Source: a virus
Lineage: Duplodnaviria > Caudoviricetes
Virus record (IMG/VR): IMGVR_UViG_3300047561_000389
Location: 1 to 39,370 of that record
DNA length: 39,370 nucleotides
Direction: 5' to 3' (one strand)
In this document: piece by piece, positions 36,144-39,370 of the stretch
Numbering within the stretch: the first letter of the stretch is position 1
How the letters are laid out: each line of letters begins with the position of its first letter
Translations under genes and position numbers: made by a program
The notes under the pieces: generated by a model
What the model saw: the letters and a program-made list of their open reading frames with translations, nothing else
The model's database searches: none
What the model was told of the DNA's origin: nothing

Positions 36144-36671
36144 TTACTTCTTTTTAGGTTTTACAGCAATAACTGCTGCGGTTGCTCCTGGAGCACTACG
36201 CTTTACATTTCCTTTAAGGCGCTTTACATCTGACTTAACACTTTCAACAACAGACTTAACTTTTTGTTCTGAACGTTGTTCACGTGCTTTAACAGTTTTT
36301 GGCGCATTAGGTTCAGTAACTTTTGTAAATCTTACCTTTGCCCCTGTTTCAGGAGTTTGCTTGGGCGTTCCTTTTACTTTAATTGTTGTATCAGAATTTA
36401 CGCCTTGCTTACCTTTATATGTTTTTGGGTAAGGATTTTGTTTTGCTGCCTTGGCTAAGCGTGCATCTTCAACTGCTTTAGTACTAGAGATGGCAGCTTT
36501 ACCTGCTTTAATTCCTTTAGCAAGAAGTGCAACGTCACGTACTGCGCCGCCAACCATTGTTGCTGCAGCGATGTTTCCAATAGTTTTACGAGTGCTGGCT
36601 TTTTCTTTTTCAGTAGAAGCCTTTACTTTTGCATTTGGAGTAACAGATGTGACTGGTACATTCTTAGCCAT
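36144..36671 (-). CDS. Lys-rich basic protein
   Basis: MAKNVPVTS...; very Lys/Thr/Ala-rich. Confidence 0.6.
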   Translation of the reverse strand: MAKNVPVTSVTPNAKVKASTEKEKASTRKTIGNIAAATMVGGAVRDVALLAKGIKAGKAAISSTKAVEDARLAKAAKQNPYPKTYKGKQGVNSDTTIKVKGTPKQTPETGAKVRFTKVTEPNAPKTVKAREQRSEQKVKSVVESVKSDVKRLKGNVKRSAPGATAAVIAVKPKKK

Positions 36672-36807
36672 AAATCTTGCCGTTTTTCTTCTCAAGGATC
36701 TTCTTCATAGAAGCATCTTGAGGTGTCATCTTTTGTGCAGGCTTCTTAGCAGGAGTAGCTGGCTTAGGTGTAGCCTTCATTACAGGCTTCTTAGGTGTCA
36801 TAGCCAT
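36664..36807 (-). CDS. Small Lys/Pro-rich protein, 47 aa (MAMTPKKPVMKATPKPATPAKKPA...)
   Basis: Hand-translated; TAATG coupling; histone-H1-tail-like composition. Confidence 0.65.
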   Translation of the reverse strand: MAMTPKKPVMKATPKPATPAKKPAQKMTPQDASMKKILEKKNGKIYG

Positions 36808-36986
36808 TAGTACATTAGTCCTTCAACCTTAGTAGGCCATTCAACTTTGTCAGTTGCTAGAGCCTGTGCTTTACCAGCTGCATACTTACGATCTACTTCT
36901 GGGTTCATCTGAGGTGTCTTTACAGCACCCTTATCGATGTAATCTTCTTCTACCATTTCTGGCTTGTATGATGGATCAATTGCCAT
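36807..36986 (-). CDS. Small hypothetical protein, 59 aa (MAIDPSYKPEM...)
   Basis: Hand-translated; RBS AAGGAG. Confidence 0.65.
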   Translation of the reverse strand: MAIDPSYKPEMVEEDYIDKGAVKTPQMNPEVDRKYAAGKAQALATDKVEWPTKVEGLMY

Positions 36987-36997
36987 TGTTGTTCTCC

Positions 36998-38857
36998 TTA
37001 GATGAATGTCTTATTTTTTTCTGCCAACATCTCATCGATGTTAACAACAACTCTTTTTCCCATTTCAGCGCGGGATAAGAAAGGGTTCTTTAAGTGGTGG
37101 GTTGCGTACTTACCGTAGTTGAGCATTTCACGCGCTCTGATTTCACAGAACCACAATGCCATCACCATATCGGTCTTACCCTTAGTAGTTGGCGTCCAGG
37201 TTACAAGCTGTTCAATCAGAGACTTAACGTTTTCTGTTTGGTCACTAGGTAAATGGATTAAGTTATCTCTATGGTGCTTACCATCTGCTTGCTTAGTTCC
37301 AAACAGTGTTGCCATAGATGCCACACCGAAACCGGTATCCCACTTGTTGGAACCAGTATGGTGCTCACGCAAGATAACACCACGTGTTGCTAGGTGCTGA
37401 CGGATACCTTCATCTTGAGTTAAGAAAGCCTGGAAAGCGTTCTTCTCAATGATCCACTCGGACGGTCCGTAAAGGGAAGTCCAGTTAATAATAATGTCGC
37501 GGATCTGCTGAGGCGACGGTCTGGTAATTTTCATAACATCTACTATGTAGCGTTTAGATGTAGCACGATCAATTGCATAACAAACAGCGGCGGTATCGCC
37601 CACAATTGCTGGGTCCATACCGCAGATATAAGTAAAGCCGTTCAAATCTTTTGGATGTCCAGGAAAGCCTGTCTCAAGTCTGCCGGACTTACGCATACCG
37701 TCAATAGATCCACGAACACATACTGGATCAAAGGCTGCGTTTTCAGATACGTCCTGTTGCTGGTAGATCAAAGCCCAGGTACTAGTATCCATAGCTTGAC
37801 GTTCGTTATATAAGTTACGACCAGACCAACGTGGGTATAGGCCGTCCTCGTCCTGCTCGTTTACTTCTTGTCCATCAAAGGGAGCATCGGACTTAGGCCA
37901 CAATGTAACCCACTTGTCAGGGTCCTCATTTGGTTCAAGTAGTGCTGGCATAGCAAGATAGGTCCAAGGGACCAAGCCACCTGGGTATCTATCTTCTTGG
38001 CGTAGCTCGCGGTATAGATCCACCGAAGCTACACGGGTACCAATAATAATTAACTTACCAGTAGGGTTAAGACGAGAACGCACGTCCTGGGTCAACCACT
38101 TGATCTGTCGTTCAAAGTCATTAGCGTTAGACATTGTCACGGCGTCGTCTACAATAATCATATCGGCACGCTTACCGTAGATTTGACCGCCAATACCCAC
38201 GGCCTCGATGTTTGGGTCCTTTTCACTGGACTCACGAAGCTCATCACCAAAGGTGACACGGGTTGCTTGCCAAGAAGCGGTCTTAGAGTTAAACCCTACG
38301 CCAGCAGCATAAGCACTTTGGAGGTCTGCATACATAGGATGCGTTAGTCTTTGCTTGATGGCGTAGAGAAAGTCGGCTGCTAGGCGCTGGGTCTGGGACA
38401 CAATTAGAACACGGAAGTTGGGATTACGGGCTACCTGCCAGGTAACGTAGTCAACTGTAATAGTCATTGACTTGGCGTGGTTAGGCGGAATGTTTACAAG
38501 GATGCGGTTATTAGCCACACCCTTTTCAAACTTCATACTGGGATGGTTCCAGCTTGGCTCTCTACCTTCAATAACATCTACTATGTTCATCTGGTGTGGA
38601 AAGGTCCGGCTGTGGAGGAACCGCTGACGGAACTCCTGGAATGAGATGTCGTGGACATCCCCACCCTGGAATTGCTTGTCCTTCAAACCCAAACGGGTTC
38701 GGTCAATCTTGTCTGCAAAAACTTTATCGGTACGACGGTAATACTCATAAGTCTTCATAGACTTACCAGCTGAGCCGCAAGCGGCGTCAATGGTCATACC
38801 TTCTGCCACGCATCCTAAGATGATGCGCTTGGCAATATCTGCTGAGTTCTCAGCCAC
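36998..38857 (-). CDS. terL: Terminase large subunit with an N-terminal HTH-like extension
   Basis: Walker A variant IPPNHAKS, G.RAD.IIVDD Walker B, IGTR, YQQ, GMDPA nuclease motif, D.VMALW; GTG start after AGGAG. Confidence 0.9.
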   Translation of the reverse strand: MAENSADIAKRIILGCVAEGMTIDAACGSAGKSMKTYEYYRRTDKVFADKIDRTRLGLKDKQFQGGDVHDISFQEFRQRFLHSRTFPHQMNIVDVIEGREPSWNHPSMKFEKGVANNRILVNIPPNHAKSMTITVDYVTWQVARNPNFRVLIVSQTQRLAADFLYAIKQRLTHPMYADLQSAYAAGVGFNSKTASWQATRVTFGDELRESSEKDPNIEAVGIGGQIYGKRADMIIVDDAVTMSNANDFERQIKWLTQDVRSRLNPTGKLIIIGTRVASVDLYRELRQEDRYPGGLVPWTYLAMPALLEPNEDPDKWVTLWPKSDAPFDGQEVNEQDEDGLYPRWSGRNLYNERQAMDTSTWALIYQQQDVSENAAFDPVCVRGSIDGMRKSGRLETGFPGHPKDLNGFTYICGMDPAIVGDTAAVCYAIDRATSKRYIVDVMKITRPSPQQIRDIIINWTSLYGPSEWIIEKNAFQAFLTQDEGIRQHLATRGVILREHHTGSNKWDTGFGVASMATLFGTKQADGKHHRDNLIHLPSDQTENVKSLIEQLVTWTPTTKGKTDMVMALWFCEIRAREMLNYGKYATHHLKNPFLSRAEMGKRVVVNIDEMLAEKNKTFI

Positions 38858-39370
38858 GTGATCTCCTAATAGTAAATGGGCCGGAATGCCTTTTCATTTA
38901 TACTAGGGAAGTAAATTACTGGGCGCTGTCTCATATAGTGAGATCTAATACTAGATAGAATTATCCCCACTAAAAGCACCGCAGCGGGAGTAAACTCCCG
39001 AACAAGCTACAGCGAAGTGAGGGGTAATTACCGCTTCGGCCTAGGGGCCTACGCGGAGGGTTTAACCCCGTAGCGTAGGGTTCGTAAAACTCTTTCTTCC
39101 CCGTTTTACTCCCCTACTATATATAAGGCAGGAAATTTAAAGCGTTTCCCGCTTTTACCTGTGTGACTTACGTCTCACTTACTATAACCGCAGGTCAGAG
39201 CCGTATTAAGCTGTAGGATCATAGGGGTTCACTTTAGGAAATATATCTATTTAGGGTACACAACACTACCCGACATCAAAGTTTAACACCTAGGGTCGCG
39301 GTTTTCGCGGGCTAAGCGTGACCCCCCACCCCTGCCCTGCCCTGTCTGCCCGCTGTACGCTGTAGTTTTG
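38858..39370. promoter_or_regulatory. Non-coding terminal control region with several hairpins
   Basis: No long ORFs; inverted repeats CGGGAG-TAAA-CTCCCG (38985-39000) and CCTACGC...GCGTAGG (39049-39079); lies upstream of the late operon. Confidence 0.5.

Noticed and set aside
38980-39090. tRNA or other known ncRNA
   Set aside because: Hairpins are present but there is no cloverleaf, TTCRA loop or CCA end.

Overview
The window looks like an essentially complete ~39.4 kb tailed dsDNA phage genome of podovirus-like build. A WhiB regulator and a roughly mid-40s % GC (estimated by eye) suggest an actinobacterial host, possibly a low-GC freshwater lineage (inference). Layout: (i) C-rich non-coding ends; (ii) a + strand early operon (334-3489) of small translationally coupled ORFs, a secreted lytic transglycosylase and a C5 DNA methyltransferase; (iii) a - strand replication/regulation operon (11170 down to 3584) with a proteasome-beta/HslV-like protease, Cas4-like nuclease, WhiB, DnaB-like helicase, Holliday junction resolvase, split primase, HNH endonuclease, Nmad1, sigma factor and a methyltransferase, and no recognisable DNA polymerase; (iv) a - strand late operon (38857 down to 11625) with terminase, portal, probable ejection proteins, scaffold, capsid, a collagen-like fibre followed by two glycosyltransferases, tail proteins, endolysin and holin. 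The standout is a tyrosine recombinase inside the tail module, next to three related GTGGA-N4-TCYGCT sites. Two are identical 20-bp direct repeats that enclose a 142-bp AT-rich micro-gene cassette. The third has a different core and lies in the tail-fibre gene just before its receptor-binding part. This suggests a site-specific cassette insertion/exchange system for host-range modules. All family calls come from reading motifs by eye; no database searches were run.
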